Below the pieces are notes generated by a model. It was not told the DNA's origin, did no database searches, and saw only the letters and a list, made by a program, of their open reading frames with translations. From contig CBFFRP010000298.1 of assembly GCA_965644295.1 (NCBI GenBank), positions 496,001 through 560,000 of the forward strand: a stretch of DNA of 64,000 nucleotides, read 5' to 3'. Position 1 is the stretch's first letter. Every line of letters starts with the position of its first letter. Shown in pieces: positions 51,835 to 64,000 of this stretch. A program made the position numbers and the translations under genes. The stretch is from Paraphysomonas bandaiensis. Lineage: Eukaryota > Protista > Chrysophyceae.

Positions 51835-54641
51835 ATGACCGATCACCTCCCACCCCCTCCACCTGACCCAAATGATACTTTCATTCACTGTTGGCAACAG
51901 CTCTTGACAGGCTCACCTACTGAAGCTCTCATACAATTAAATGAACTCTATCTCACTGTATGTCCCGACAAGAAACATAATGAAGTCTATCAAACCATAT
52001 GCACCAATCATATCAATTCATTTGATTGGAAGATACGTCTTATAGGTCTCTGTAGAGCAGTGGGAGGGATTCGTAGGGTACCTACAGCAAGATCTGCTGT
52101 GTATATCATGCTCATGACTGCTCATGATATCACAGTCTTACATGATGAGGATCATGCGAATAAGCATATATTAAAACATCATATAATTGATTTATTAGAT
52201 TTATCTATGATAGATATCGATCATATGGACAATCATGTTAAGGCATACGTCAAATTAGTGGCAAGATTATATGAAAAATTTCAGATTTTCAATCAAATTC
52301 ATGTCGATTTTAGTTTAATTGAGAGGTTTATGACACAGTTAATTGATATGAAATTATGGACAAGTGTAACAAGATTCATTCTTAAGTTTTTGAATAGTCT
52401 TGATGATATCTCTCTATGTAAGCTGGTGAGTGGATTATAAGGGAGATAGTTTGTCTTGTTGTCACTATGAATATACAGGTAGAATATATGTGTGAATCTG
52501 AGGCACCTCCAGAAGAAATAAAACAATTGTTTTTATCATTGAATGAAGCATACAGGTGTGTTGTATCTATTTCATATCGTTGTGTTGTGGTTGTGCTTTA
52601 TACGGTTGTGTGCTACAGTATCTTTACGAAGTTGGGGTATTCTGTTTTAATAGTGGGTGTTACTTTAGTTCCTCTCAGAGTGATTCTACCGAGCTTAGTC
52701 AACCGGTTCGTTCGTCAATACCGTGTCCTTATATCACCATCGTCACTCCTACTGTGGATGATGCTTTGAAATTATCTATTCGAGCTATGCTTGAGGAACG
52801 CGTCATGGCGTATGTAAATGATAACAAAGACTGCAACGTTAAGAACGTGTTGTCAGTTGTTGTGGATTTAGTCAAGGAGTTTAACCTTGGCCAGGAACTA
52901 TTTTCTGAGGTGCATGGTGTAGCCTCTTTAGAATTTCATGTATCATAATGTGCAATACAGACAAAGCATAAACTACAGACGTGTCGTATTCAGGGCCTCG
53001 TGAAGTCAAACAAGTGGCACTTAGCAGAGCAGGTACATTGCTTGGAGCCATATCAATGCACATGTCGTGCGCACGCTTATATTTTGTCCTCAGGTAGCAT
53101 ATACAATACCTCTGAAGAAGGACATGTACGAGTATATGAAGCAGGTGTAATTTAGTCTGCAAAATAGCTGTCGGTAGAGCGCTAAAGAATATTGAAATAT
53201 ATTTTAATATTACTCAATTCTCGTATTTATGTCTATCTATCTGTGTCAGGAAAATTTTCATATTCAAGCGAAAGCTTTATATGAAAAATGGAATCTGCAG
53301 GTAAGCGAAGCATGTGTACACTTTGTAGGAACATCGGTGATACATAACGTTGTGTAGAAGTATGCTGTGCTGCCCGTTAGAGAAGAAGACATATGCGCGC
53401 AGCACGAGTTTATTGAAGCCAACTACTTGACGCTACCTCGTAACCTCTTACAACCTGATAGAATTGTATTCGTGGACACACTGGAGTCCTTGTTCCGTGC
53501 CGAAAATGTAATTCTTAGACAAGGAGTGAATAAGCGGCCCGATGGAATTACACAATGGGTCGGGGTTGATGCTGAGTGGCGTGCGGTAATGGGGACGACG
53601 AGTAGGACCTATCATGCTGGTTCCCCCTGTAAGAGTGAGTCTGGAGCTAGTATCTTGCAGGTACTTGCTAGATATTGCTTACACTGATACTCAAATCCAC
53701 TTTTTATATGGTATCTAATATTAGCACCTTAGATATCAACTGTGGGGGTTGTATTTATATTCGACCTCCATCACTTGGGTGACCGTAGTGGACCTGATGG
53801 AAGCTTATGTGATGAATCTGTACGAATTCTAGGCGAGATCTTCAGCAGACCAGACGTTGTCAAGGTAGGGTGGGATTTTAGCAAAAACGATGTTAGTAAA
53901 TTGATGTCTTCGGGTGGATCTGCAGGTGAGTTAAATCTATCACCGATATTATTTAGTCATGTAATATACATATCGATCGGTTTTTTACGTAGCTTATCTT
54001 AGAAAAGCTTTTGTGACAATCAATTCTCTACTCCACCTGCACCGGATGTATGATGCTGCAGTGTCTTCGAGAAATAATAGTACTAAGCGCGAGGATGATA
54101 ATTCTAATGGTGTAGAAACTAATTCAGAATCCAAAGTAGATACCCGGGCGATGCCTACGAAGCAGAAAAAGTCTTCTTCTAAAGGTTAGTATAATTATGA
54201 TGCCATTTACTCCCTTTTGTCGCTAGTCTTGCTGTGAAATATGCATATTTTGTGTGGAGGTATGACGCCTGAGTCTTACGTAGGCATGACTTCATCATTA
54301 TCTAGTTGCTGCGAAGAGTACCTCGGAAGGCCTCTTCGGAAAGATGAACAGGTGGGTATCGTACACTTTTGCATGTGGTTGAAAGCTCATCGTGTTATGT
54401 GTAGGTATCCAACTGGGATTCTCGCCCATTAGATATCAATCAGCTACACTACGCAGCCCTTGATGCTCACTGCTTGCTGGGTGCAATGGATGCAATATCT
54501 GTGCAGATGAATTTCTCGTCTTTCTGCGGAGCACTGGATGGGTATATACATAGTCCTGTAGATTATAGAAAGTATAGTGGAGGCTCTGATGCGTGGAAAA
54601 TATTCATGCCCCAACGAAGCAGTCATAATTCCAGCTCATAA
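51835..54641 (+). CDS. DEDDy 3'-5' exonuclease, EXD3/Mut-7-like, multi-exon
   Basis: WVGVDAEW (ExoI), ASILQ|IST..VFIFDL, KVGWDFSKND (ExoII), LSSCCEEYLGRPLRKDEQ|VSNWDSRPLDINQLHYAALDAHCLL (ExoIII). Confidence 0.85.
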
Positions 54642-55070
54642 TTCGAATAGGTTTTCCGAATGTAGTCTTAATAAGATGGGAATACGATTATTTTCTTTAT
54701 TCATGAAAGTAAAAATGCTTATCACGACACGGTGAGCAATGTAATGTTGTAGTTTTAGGATTATGAAATTATAACCGTTGGTGAAGTGCTATGAAATATA
54801 TTAGATATGGAAGATATCAACTTCTTAGTATATCTGCCATGCTAATAGTTCCTTCTCTCAACTCCCAAAACATGATCAATTTTGGGAAATAGTTTGTGCA
54901 TATTCGTCGGTATACTAAATCCTTAAACATTTGATTTACAAATATATACAATACGTGTAATATAACTTCTCCTCACCAACTAGACCAGGTGAACGTGATC
55001 ATAAAATACTTACAGTGGTAAAATTTAATATAGAAACATAGATACCATGCAGCTTAACAAACTCTAACTT

Positions 55071-58000
55071 CTAACTATTTCGTTGTTTTTTCTTTTTTTT
55101 GGCCTCCTTCTCCCGCCTTCTTGCCTTTTTCCTTTCCATTTTCTCTGTTGCTTTATCCTCCATAGCCTTTATGGCATCTTCTCCAGACGTGTCTACACCT
55201 TCCAGTGGATGAAGTCCCAAAGTCATATTTCTTCTGCATTTAAGAATTTCCTTTTGCTCCTTCCACTTCAGGTGAGTTTCTATGGTCTGCTTTGCTTTAT
55301 AGTTGAATAGCGCCTCTGGGACAATTACTGGAGAGCCACAGGGGAGATGCTTTGGTTCTTCCTGGGCGATGATATTAAAGTTATCACTCCGACAGCACTC
55401 ATTCAGTTCATCCAGCAGGTCGTCATAATTCTTGTTAGTCTCAGGACCATTGTCTGTAGCTCCCTCAGGGGTGTCTGTACCTATATTTACACCGAGAGTG
55501 GCACTTTCTATGTCATCTTCGACGACGTACAGCGTATCATCTTCAATTAGAGCAGAAGTCAATCTAACAACCGGACAATCACCGACCACATGTGGGGCAC
55601 TGACGACATGCGGATAGGGGTGCCCCTCATTACTTGTTGAACTGTAGTCATTCACCCATTCTTCTTCCTGTGGGTGACTGTTATTACTGCAAACCGATGT
55701 AAAACGCTCTTGTACATCAGGTACAATGCCATCTCTATCTAAGTTTTGCTCACTTTTGCTTTCTGTTTCATGATCATCAGAGTATCGACCTGCATATTTT
55801 GCGTCCAGAGCAGAAACAAGCTTAGTTGTCAGGCTTTCGATAGTTGAATGTAGGCTACCAATGTTGTCATTCATGTATTGTATTGTCGACTCAAGCGACT
55901 GTATAGTTGAAGCCATCTGCTTCACTTTCGTATCAACCGATTGGAGTTCCGGAGATTCAATACTGGGAAAGACTCCTGCTTCCTCTACGTTACAAGGCCG
56001 GGGGAATGCGGAAGTCTCTGAGCCTTCTTCATCAGGCAGAGACTTTGAAGTCAGCGATACACACTGCGGTTGATTTCCTGTTACACTTTGCTCGACAGGA
56101 CTTGGTGGTGTGCTGTGCAAAATAGGATCAACTGGCTGGCTATCCTTCTGAACAGAGGTTGGGTACGGATCTTCAAGAACACGTGCACTGTTCACAGACG
56201 CGGCGTTGTCATCGCGACTTGTTTCCTCACGTATTTCATTTTGTGCATTGTCATATTCTGCAGCGACCTTACAATGACGGCCAGGAAACTGAATCGTTGG
56301 AGTCGAAAACATATTCTGGAAACTATCGTTGAATTTACCGTTTCCATTTGTGCGTGTAGCACTTGGTAGCTGTGGTGTAGCACCAAAACTCAGTCGACGT
56401 AGTGTGTTACTGATTGACTTTCTAGCTCCACGATGACTAGAATTCTCAGCTGATGCATCAGTAGTAAACACATCATACTCGGGGTAGTAACGACTACCAG
56501 TGGTACCTAGCGTGTGCGATAAGCTCTTCACTATACTACGCCGAATCGGCGAGTGTGTTGACCTATCGCAATTAGCCTTGCACTCCATATAATCGCCGTT
56601 TTCATTACTCACAGGGTCATTTTCAATTCCTATCTGATTTTCATCCTTGTCAACAGTTTCAGAACCGCATATACTGGGAGAAACGGGTCTGGGACTTTCT
56701 GTCGCCATGGAAAAGTCCCTATTACTTGTTGTGGGCAATTCCTTGTTGTGAAACATTTCTATTTCCGGTTCATTGTTAAATGAGAGTGGTGAAACACGGC
56801 ACTTACAAACGCGACACTCGAACACGGCTCCGGCAATTAAGATTAGCAGTACCCATGGATGCTTGGCAATTGCATATACAAGACCACAACACATCACACA
56901 TGTGGTACAAAATATCATATGTACCACTACTCTCTGAAGATACTCCGGTAAACAAGCAATGTATTTAGCCAAATTCCACACTGACACCGTTAATGACGTC
57001 CTAAACAAAAAATTCATAGTTCGAATGACACAGAATATAGGAACAAGATGTTTTCCAGAGTCAGCCCAATGCGAAGAGTACACACCAGGAAGTAAAGTCC
57101 TATAATATAAAATTACGTCGGATTCAAACACACTAGTGAATTCGGCGGCCATTAAGATAGACACGAACAAATAGTCAGCCGCGTTGAAAGTGTACTGCCT
57201 TATATCCGTATCGTTTCGGCAATAATGCTCAGCGGTAGACTTGAGAACACAAATAGCGGCATGCACCTTGTTCACAACAGTGAACGGAAGTGAATAGGAA
57301 ATTGACGCAGCTATCACTGTTTCACAGACGAAAACAACAACGAGCATATATGTCACAGCGATGATCACAAACGACAACTGAAATTTCCATCCTCTTTCCA
57401 AGCATCTAATGTATATGTAATAGAGTGATGCCGCATTTATCAAAGTCGCGCCAGATAGAGATGCCACCCTCCATGCGGTCGACCAAATTGCAATACGACG
57501 AAACCTGAGTGAACTCACAGTCAAAAGAGTGTTAATAAACTATAACACTCACTTAATATCAAGGGATGCTCGGAAAACTTTAGCCTCAATCGTTTGTCTG
57601 CCCAGCAAGTCAGCGATAAACTGGTACCACAGCGCCAACCCTTTAGACCCAATGGAACAACTCCTCAGCGAGGACAATAGGTGATCAGACTCAGTGCGAG
57701 TGTGAGACAAAATCTTCTGTAACGCTAACCGGACTGAAGACTTAGAGCTGAACGCATTTGAAGACTGATCCCAACTGGTGATAAAAAATTTAGCCACGAG
57801 TATTTCGCCATCACTATAGACATGGTATACACACATGGACTCCTACATGAGCCACTAAACCATTATAACTTACCTCCAGAGTTCATCGAAATGATTTCTA
57901 CCTGATGGTATGAGCCCTACTCTCTGTTTTTTTATTTCATCCTCCATATGGTCGACACCAACATCTTCGTCCCACTTTTTATCCTGCCTGGTAATCCGCT

Positions 58001-58990
58001 TGTGCCACGTCAGAACTTTTCTACTTCCACCTTTCCGTGGTCCACTGTATGAGCGATAGTAGGATGGACTAGAATTCTCAACATCTCGGCAACGATATAT
58101 CGCGTTGGTTATCTCCTTTCTTTGTTTGATGACATCCGAAGAGACGAGTCTAACGAGTCGATCAGGATTTGACAAACAGGTTCGCCAATGCGATTGAGGT
58201 TCACCGCTAGTGCTTCTACGAAACCGGGACTCGTTATTCATCTGCTGATTAAATGCTTTGTTGAGCAAACCAATATCTACCTCCGAAGGACAAAGGAAAG
58301 GAACAAAAATGAAATCGAGTAGCAACACTATCAGTCCGTGAAATACAATCATTGCAGAGGTGAGCAATACGAATGTCTGAAGCATAGCATGTTTATTGAG
58401 AGCTATTACGACATAAAGTAAACAGACACACCTTAAAGGAAACAGATTCCTGATACACACAGGTGGACAAATAGCTATCACCAATTTTATATTCTCTCCA
58501 ATGGCACCACGACACCGCCAAACACGAATCCTTATCACGACTCACTTCACAGCGTCCGTCACTTGGGAACTGAAGTAACATAAAGGTTATGATAGTATGT
58601 CTAGTGAATATACAAATATATTCTTACCAAAGTAATGAATATGTACGCTAAGACTGCTAATGAGATCATGTGTACTGTTAGCAGACGATAGATCCACTTC
58701 GTCTTACTGTATCCTGATTGCTGACTTGAGAACACTCTGAAATATGAGTGATGGGTCATTGTTTGTTCCCAGAGGGTCTTCCAGGACCATACAGGGGATA
58801 TGAATACACTAGGAAGGGATATATCGATATATCTCCATATAGACACTCGTAGGGAGTCACTGCATCCCGTATGAATTGTGTCAGGTAAGGGAGGATCCAC
58901 TGTGGGTTTACATATGTGTTTAGATATTATAATGGGTAGTCTAAGTAGAGCTATGGCCCATATAGTAACTATTAAATATAAGATGAGCAT
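55071..58990 (-). CDS. Ectodomain-less paralog of the membrane/cytoplasmic half of the 24861-33954 receptor
   Basis: Colinear matches: HHSYFRVF/HHRYVV, FPSDGRC/YPVDDGSC, GLALWYQFIADLLGRQTIEAKVF/GLELCHMFIVDFLGRTTPEARIF, FNAADYLFVS..FTSVFESDVIL/LDAPEFLFVS..FPQLFESSVIL. Confidence 0.78.
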
Positions 58991-59658
58991 CAATGCAGCA
59001 CACGTCTATGTATGTATGTATGTATGAAGCGATCAGAGGACTGAGTCTATAGAAGACTGTAGTATCTATAGGGTAGGACTGTACAGGTATACCTATAGGG
59101 GTATCTATCAGTGGGAACGAGAGACTCCCTCATAGTCAACTAGAAGGTTATCTATCAATTCACTTACATCTATTAACCAATCAGCAGCAAATATATTCTT
59201 GACTTCCACTTCGACTTCGACTTCGCTTCGACTTGGAGTTGATGTCTGCCTCTTAACTGAAACATACTGCAGTATTCTATCTGTATTCTATGTATTCTGA
59301 CATTTCTACATCCTTCACCCAACGGTCGGTTTCATCAAAAAAGCCCAGATATTTCTATATCTAATTTCCTAATATTACCTATTTATAGACCAATGGAAAT
59401 AAATATCAGGGAAATTACGGCAGCTCTTAATTCTTGTATTCTGTAGGGGGGTGTACAGTGGACAGAGTGGGATGAGGTCGAGCCAATGAGCGAGTGATTG
59501 TATATGGTAGCTACGTATCGCTGACTGCATATATATGCATGTTCTTCTATAGATAGAGACACAACTCCAATAGAATTAATGGATACATACACACATACAC
59601 TCTGCTCATATATGAGGCCTATACATGTCTATCTATTCCTAGTAATCAATAGTCCCTA

Positions 59659-60018
59659 ATGGCTTTAGTGAAAGCTAATGCAACATGTGGTAACAGACAG
59701 CCTCATAGTCATCACAGTCCCACTATACAGATGTCTGACTTTCATGTTCTGCAGGCTGTGATTACACAGAAATTAAATCATTCTAAAAAACTTGATTTTG
59801 CTGCTACGTATAACACACTGAAGAAAATCCATCCAGCTTTAGATTTGGATCCTCATATGATGAAAAGATGCTCACGCATGTTGTATCGTATATCTCTTAA
59901 GTCCTCTCCTGATTTAACTTATATCAGTGCATGGATTGGTCATCGACTAGGTGTTGCATTGAGTACCCATGAGGCGAGAAGTCTGGTGGTGTTTGTGAAA
60001 CTTGCTGCAGCTGATTAA
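59659..60018 (+). CDS. Small hypothetical helical protein
   Basis: 119-aa ATG ORF with amphipathic helical pattern, downstream of a TAC/TA-rich promoter-like region; no family recognised. Confidence 0.45.
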   Translation: MALVKANATCGNRQPHSHHSPTIQMSDFHVLQAVITQKLNHSKKLDFAATYNTLKKIHPALDLDPHMMKRCSRMLYRISLKSSPDLTYISAWIGHRLGVALSTHEARSLVVFVKLAAAD

Positions 60019-60630
60019 AGAATGAAGTTTACAGAGATTTGGGCATATACTCGTAGTGATCCTGTATAGCCGTGAGTGTATTTGGTGTCTTGTGCTTCCA
60101 TATTTCCATGTGGTGAGGATATATTGAGGGATATCACTTTTGTATATTCAGCATTATCTATTTAATTCTGTTTACACGGTACCAGTTGTAGTACTGGTAT
60201 GTTATGATTTTTTGTTTGTGATATATTGTTTTCAATAGCTGATAAGTGAATAATTTGACTTTTATCAGTATAAAACATTTTAATAACAGTTCGCTTTTAG
60301 AGTTAACCAATTCTTCAGATCTTTCGTGGGTGCTTTGATAGGGCCGTTTTTAGGATTTTCCAACTAATCACTATATAACTGACTAAAGAAACCCTTATTT
60401 ATATTGATTGGATATCTAATGTTTCACTCCATACTACCTAAAAGAGAAAGGACTGTAACACACGATAATGACATTCATCATATATTTATTAGAAAGATAT
60501 ATTGCCACCAGGATGATGCACACGATATGAAAAAGATTCCTCTTTTGAAACAATTGTAAGTAGATTCAAAATTTTATTATAATTAAGTAATAGTAAAATA
60601 GTTAGTTAAATTGCTTTGATACATTAGTTT

Positions 60631-60780
60631 TGACTCTTAACGCCTATTGCTAATAATAAGATACTCACTACTGTCTATCAATTTCAATTATAACTGATGA
60701 CGTGGACCTTTCAATTCATAGTTATTGATAAGCCATCCTGTCGACCAATCAATATATATTTCCCTAGCCCTGATGGTATA
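60631..60780 (+). mobile_element. Dispersed repeat copy E (3' non-coding part of the same family)
   Basis: TGACTCTTAACGCCTATTGCTAATAATAAGA matches C, B and D; CCTAGCCCTGAT matches B; CTGATGA at 60694 precedes a long stem-loop. Confidence 0.55.
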
Positions 60781-61042
60781 CTCTGAGCGAAGTGACGAGC
60801 TAATGAAAAAATGAAGTTCTACGATGAGTCAAAGTACTGAACTAACTCAAGGGCAGATATCGAAGACTCAAAAAGTGGATAGATTTAGCAGAATCACAAT
60901 TATGTTACATATGACAGTCTAGTCAGACTTCTTTAACACATATGCAACGATCTAGAAAAAACTGAACAGAAACCAAGGCGGTGGCAGACGCAATATCATA
61001 TATTGAATGCAAATGACACTACAGTTTCATGCTTCATAAGTT

Positions 61043-64000
61043 TCATGCTTCATTCAAGTTCGTGGCCCCGTCCTTCTCGTAAACGCTGTCGAAAGTATCG
61101 GAAAAAATCAACCGAGACTCGAATAACTCACCATTTACGCCGTACTTGGAGTCAGATCGAGAATAACTTCTCTCTATTGCTGTATACACGGCATCTGGGC
61201 CAAACGCACGAGCACACCGTGCTTGTATTGCATCTATATCGATACCGTCATCGGATTCCAGGTCCTCCAAAAGCTTCGCATCACGCTCCCATTCCCAGTT
61301 CCTGTTACCAACATCTACAAAAATCCCACCACCAGCACTTTCGGTACTCCCTTGTCGACTGAGGTCGCGTTCTGGATGCTTCGTTTCGGTAGCACATGTG
61401 CGAACTCTTGATTCATGTTTCCTCGATTTGTTATCTATTTCACTACACTTATGAGATTTTAAGAAACCTAATATTCCATATTTAGGTTTCACAATTCGGG
61501 TATCGTCAACGTCAGCCTCTTCCACAGATGACGTATACCAATCCACTGATAGTAAAAAACGTATTTTCGTCGCAATGTTCACTCTCTGGCCTAGAAACTT
61601 TACGTAGCGTAGCGATAATGTAGACAAAGATGATGCGTACGGAGATGTATTTTTCAGGGGCCGCAAATAAAATTGAACAGAAATTTCATCGTACATTTGA
61701 GGGCTATAGGCTTCATCTTCTATGTCAATGCGCTTAATTATCTGATCCAGAGCTCCAAATCTATTATATTCGACTCCTGTCGCCTATAGGAAGTATATCA
61801 CATTCACACACGGACGTGCAAAGCTATTCACACGGAGTCAACGGTACCTTCAATACAAAAGTGACAACACTATCCATTTTCGCTTTAATTTTCTTGAGCT
61901 TAATGATCACATTCTTTTCAAGCGGGAAAAAAGTCGACTTCACTCTGGCCCCATGCTTGCTACAGTCATAGTGAAATGATTCTGCCGTCGTAAAAGACGG
62001 CACCGGAACCGTCAAAACCATGTCGAATATATTAAGGTCACTTGATGTATTCAATATATGAATTTTGTACCGAATAGAGCATAAATTCGGGTTGGAATTG
62101 TCGTAAGCACAAGAAGCATAACACTGTGTCGTCAGTGGACTAGGTGAATTGGCAATCGTATATCTATATCACACGGTCACTGAGAATATACAGCAATATA
62201 GAGGTCGATATAAAGTAAAATCACATGCCACTTATTCTACTGAAGAGAACACAGAAAACCACTCACTCCATTACAGTCACATCTTCTTGACCTCCCGGTT
62301 CTGCAAGCACATATATCGAACCTCTAGCATCCACTTTACGCACACACTCGTCGTTCATAATTACTCTGTCTGCAATGACGGTCTCAGATGGTCGCAACCG
62401 CTTGTCAATCTGCCTGAAGATATCTGGATGGTTGATGTTGAGGCCAACCTACACACACAAAACAGTTATCGAAACTGAACAGGCCAAAAAGCCGAGCAAT
62501 TTCAGGCATGTAGTGTATAGTAGGACAGCATGAATTGCGAGTGGCCTACTTCGATAGAAGTCCGTTGGTTAACTTTGGAAGACATTAACACAGTGCCGTT
62601 CACGGAAGTACTTTCGATCGAGCCTGAAAACCACCAGGTAAATGTCATATATAATCTTTTGCCATGAAATGTATACCTTTGGCATTACATTTAGCAGTGA
62701 ATTTCTCTTGAACATTAAAAGAAACGGATTCTCTATGACGAAAATGTAATAAAACATGAACGCATTTGTACAAATACAAAAGAGCACACGGTTCATGTAC
62801 ATATTCATTTCAGCGTAGGCAGTAACACACCTACGGAATTGTTGCGTCGCAGAATAACTACTTCCCGACGTGAGGCGTTTCAGAGAAAGGGTACCCAACA
62901 GAGTTGAAGAGGGGGGACTTGTAGCATGGGTGGGGCTTAAGTTTTCTTTTCTTTCTAGATTTAAATGACTTGAGTGCCACTCACTTACGTGACTTTAGAA
63001 ACGCGTTACTAAATGAATACGACTCCATACAAGATACTCCACCTGGATTCTATAGTACTCTCCAGAGTCGCCATAGCTACGCCATCTGGGGCTGATACAT
63101 CGCCTCTTATTAACGAAGATGACTCCGTCGGAATTTTAGGTGTGGAATTCGTTAAACCAAGATGAATCCTATAACGTCATCAGTCAAGAAGTATTTCTAA
63201 CGTAGCTAGGTACATAATTATCGCTGTACCTAGGAAATATCGGAAACTCAGATGAACTGGGCTTCTTTCTGTTCATGAGCCAATGTGGCATCACATCATC
63301 CAAACCACAGCATGCACTTTGCTGGGGCCACTGGGTCTCGTTGCCAATTTCAATTAGCTGAAAAGGTGTCCCATCGTCAAGCTCCTGTACTACAGCTGTA
63401 TACGAATCAGGCATTACACTGCCAATCGTCCACATTGAAACTATGTATAATCGTTGACTTAATAACACTAGACCACGAGCTATTTCATCTAGTAGAGTTT
63501 TAGCGGTAGATTTTGATGTAGATACCATTTCCAGCATAAGATTCTGTACATAAAAGTAAAATATTATCATACACAGCACTACACAGCAAACAGCAGTGGA
63601 CCAAAAGTCTACTTACTTGTATGCGAAAGCACAACTCCTCTGAAGAGTATAGCACAATATGCGTAATCGCTTCACGTACAGTATCACAATTTTCCAATTT
63701 TCCCTCCTTAATTTCATTTGCAACGGCAAGCAATATATCGTCCACAGGACCCACAAGTCTAAGTATGAAATGATCCACCTCTGATGGGACGTGCTGACAG
63801 CACTGAGATTTGGACTTATTAACAGTACGCACAATATAAGCAAGATGGTATCCACAGCGTAAGGCACATGTTTTTACATGCACATCTGTATGCTTAATTA
63901 GCCGCAGGATACATTTAATGCTTTCCTGAAAAAGGGAGCCGAAGACTATTCCGTTCTCAACAGAAGTGGTGTTTAGCATGTTACTAACTGGAGAGATGCT
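61043..64000 (-). CDS. Large multi-exon hypothetical protein (helical-repeat-like region plus beta-rich C-terminal region), 5' end outside the window
   Basis: ORFs 63500-63979, 63184-63579, 62569-62898, 61824-62054 and 61043-61696 bounded by GT-AG sites; no family recognised. Confidence 0.6.

Noticed and set aside
1-64000. CRISPR arrays, rRNA, tRNA, selenoprotein recoding
   Set aside because: No repeat-spacer array, rRNA or cloverleaf recognised by eye, and no in-frame TGA needed in the reconstructed genes; tRNAscan-SE and Infernal were not run

Overview
Gene-dense eukaryotic nuclear DNA with many short (mostly ~45-60 nt) GT-AG introns. A two-repeat silicon transporter, the gene content and the intron style suggest a silicifying stramenopile such as a chrysophyte (inference). 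About 17 genes can be reconstructed: a coiled-coil protein, RPS2, a RETSAT/CrtI-like oxidoreductase with a degenerate Rossmann motif, a FERM protein, meiotic MSH4, an acylated EF-hand protein, a large C-type-lectin/REJ polycystin-1-like receptor plus an ectodomain-less paralog, an EST1+NYN nuclease (SMG6-like), a SIT, an AT-hook protein, a secreted Cys-rich protein, a CaaX-tailed dual-specificity phosphatase, an EXD3/Mut-7-like exonuclease and several hypotheticals. Features not visible in the ORF track: (i) five dispersed copies of one repeat family that read as a decayed Penelope-like retroelement (thumb RGY, GIY-YIG-like tail, hammerhead-like cores, one copy with a perfect 14-bp target-site duplication); (ii) long (TACA)n tracts directly at gene starts, one filling almost the whole gap between two divergent ATGs; (iii) a single-base frameshift after the signal peptide of the receptor; (iv) a duplicated fragment of the SMG6-like exon. 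Exon boundaries were read by eye and no database searches were run.
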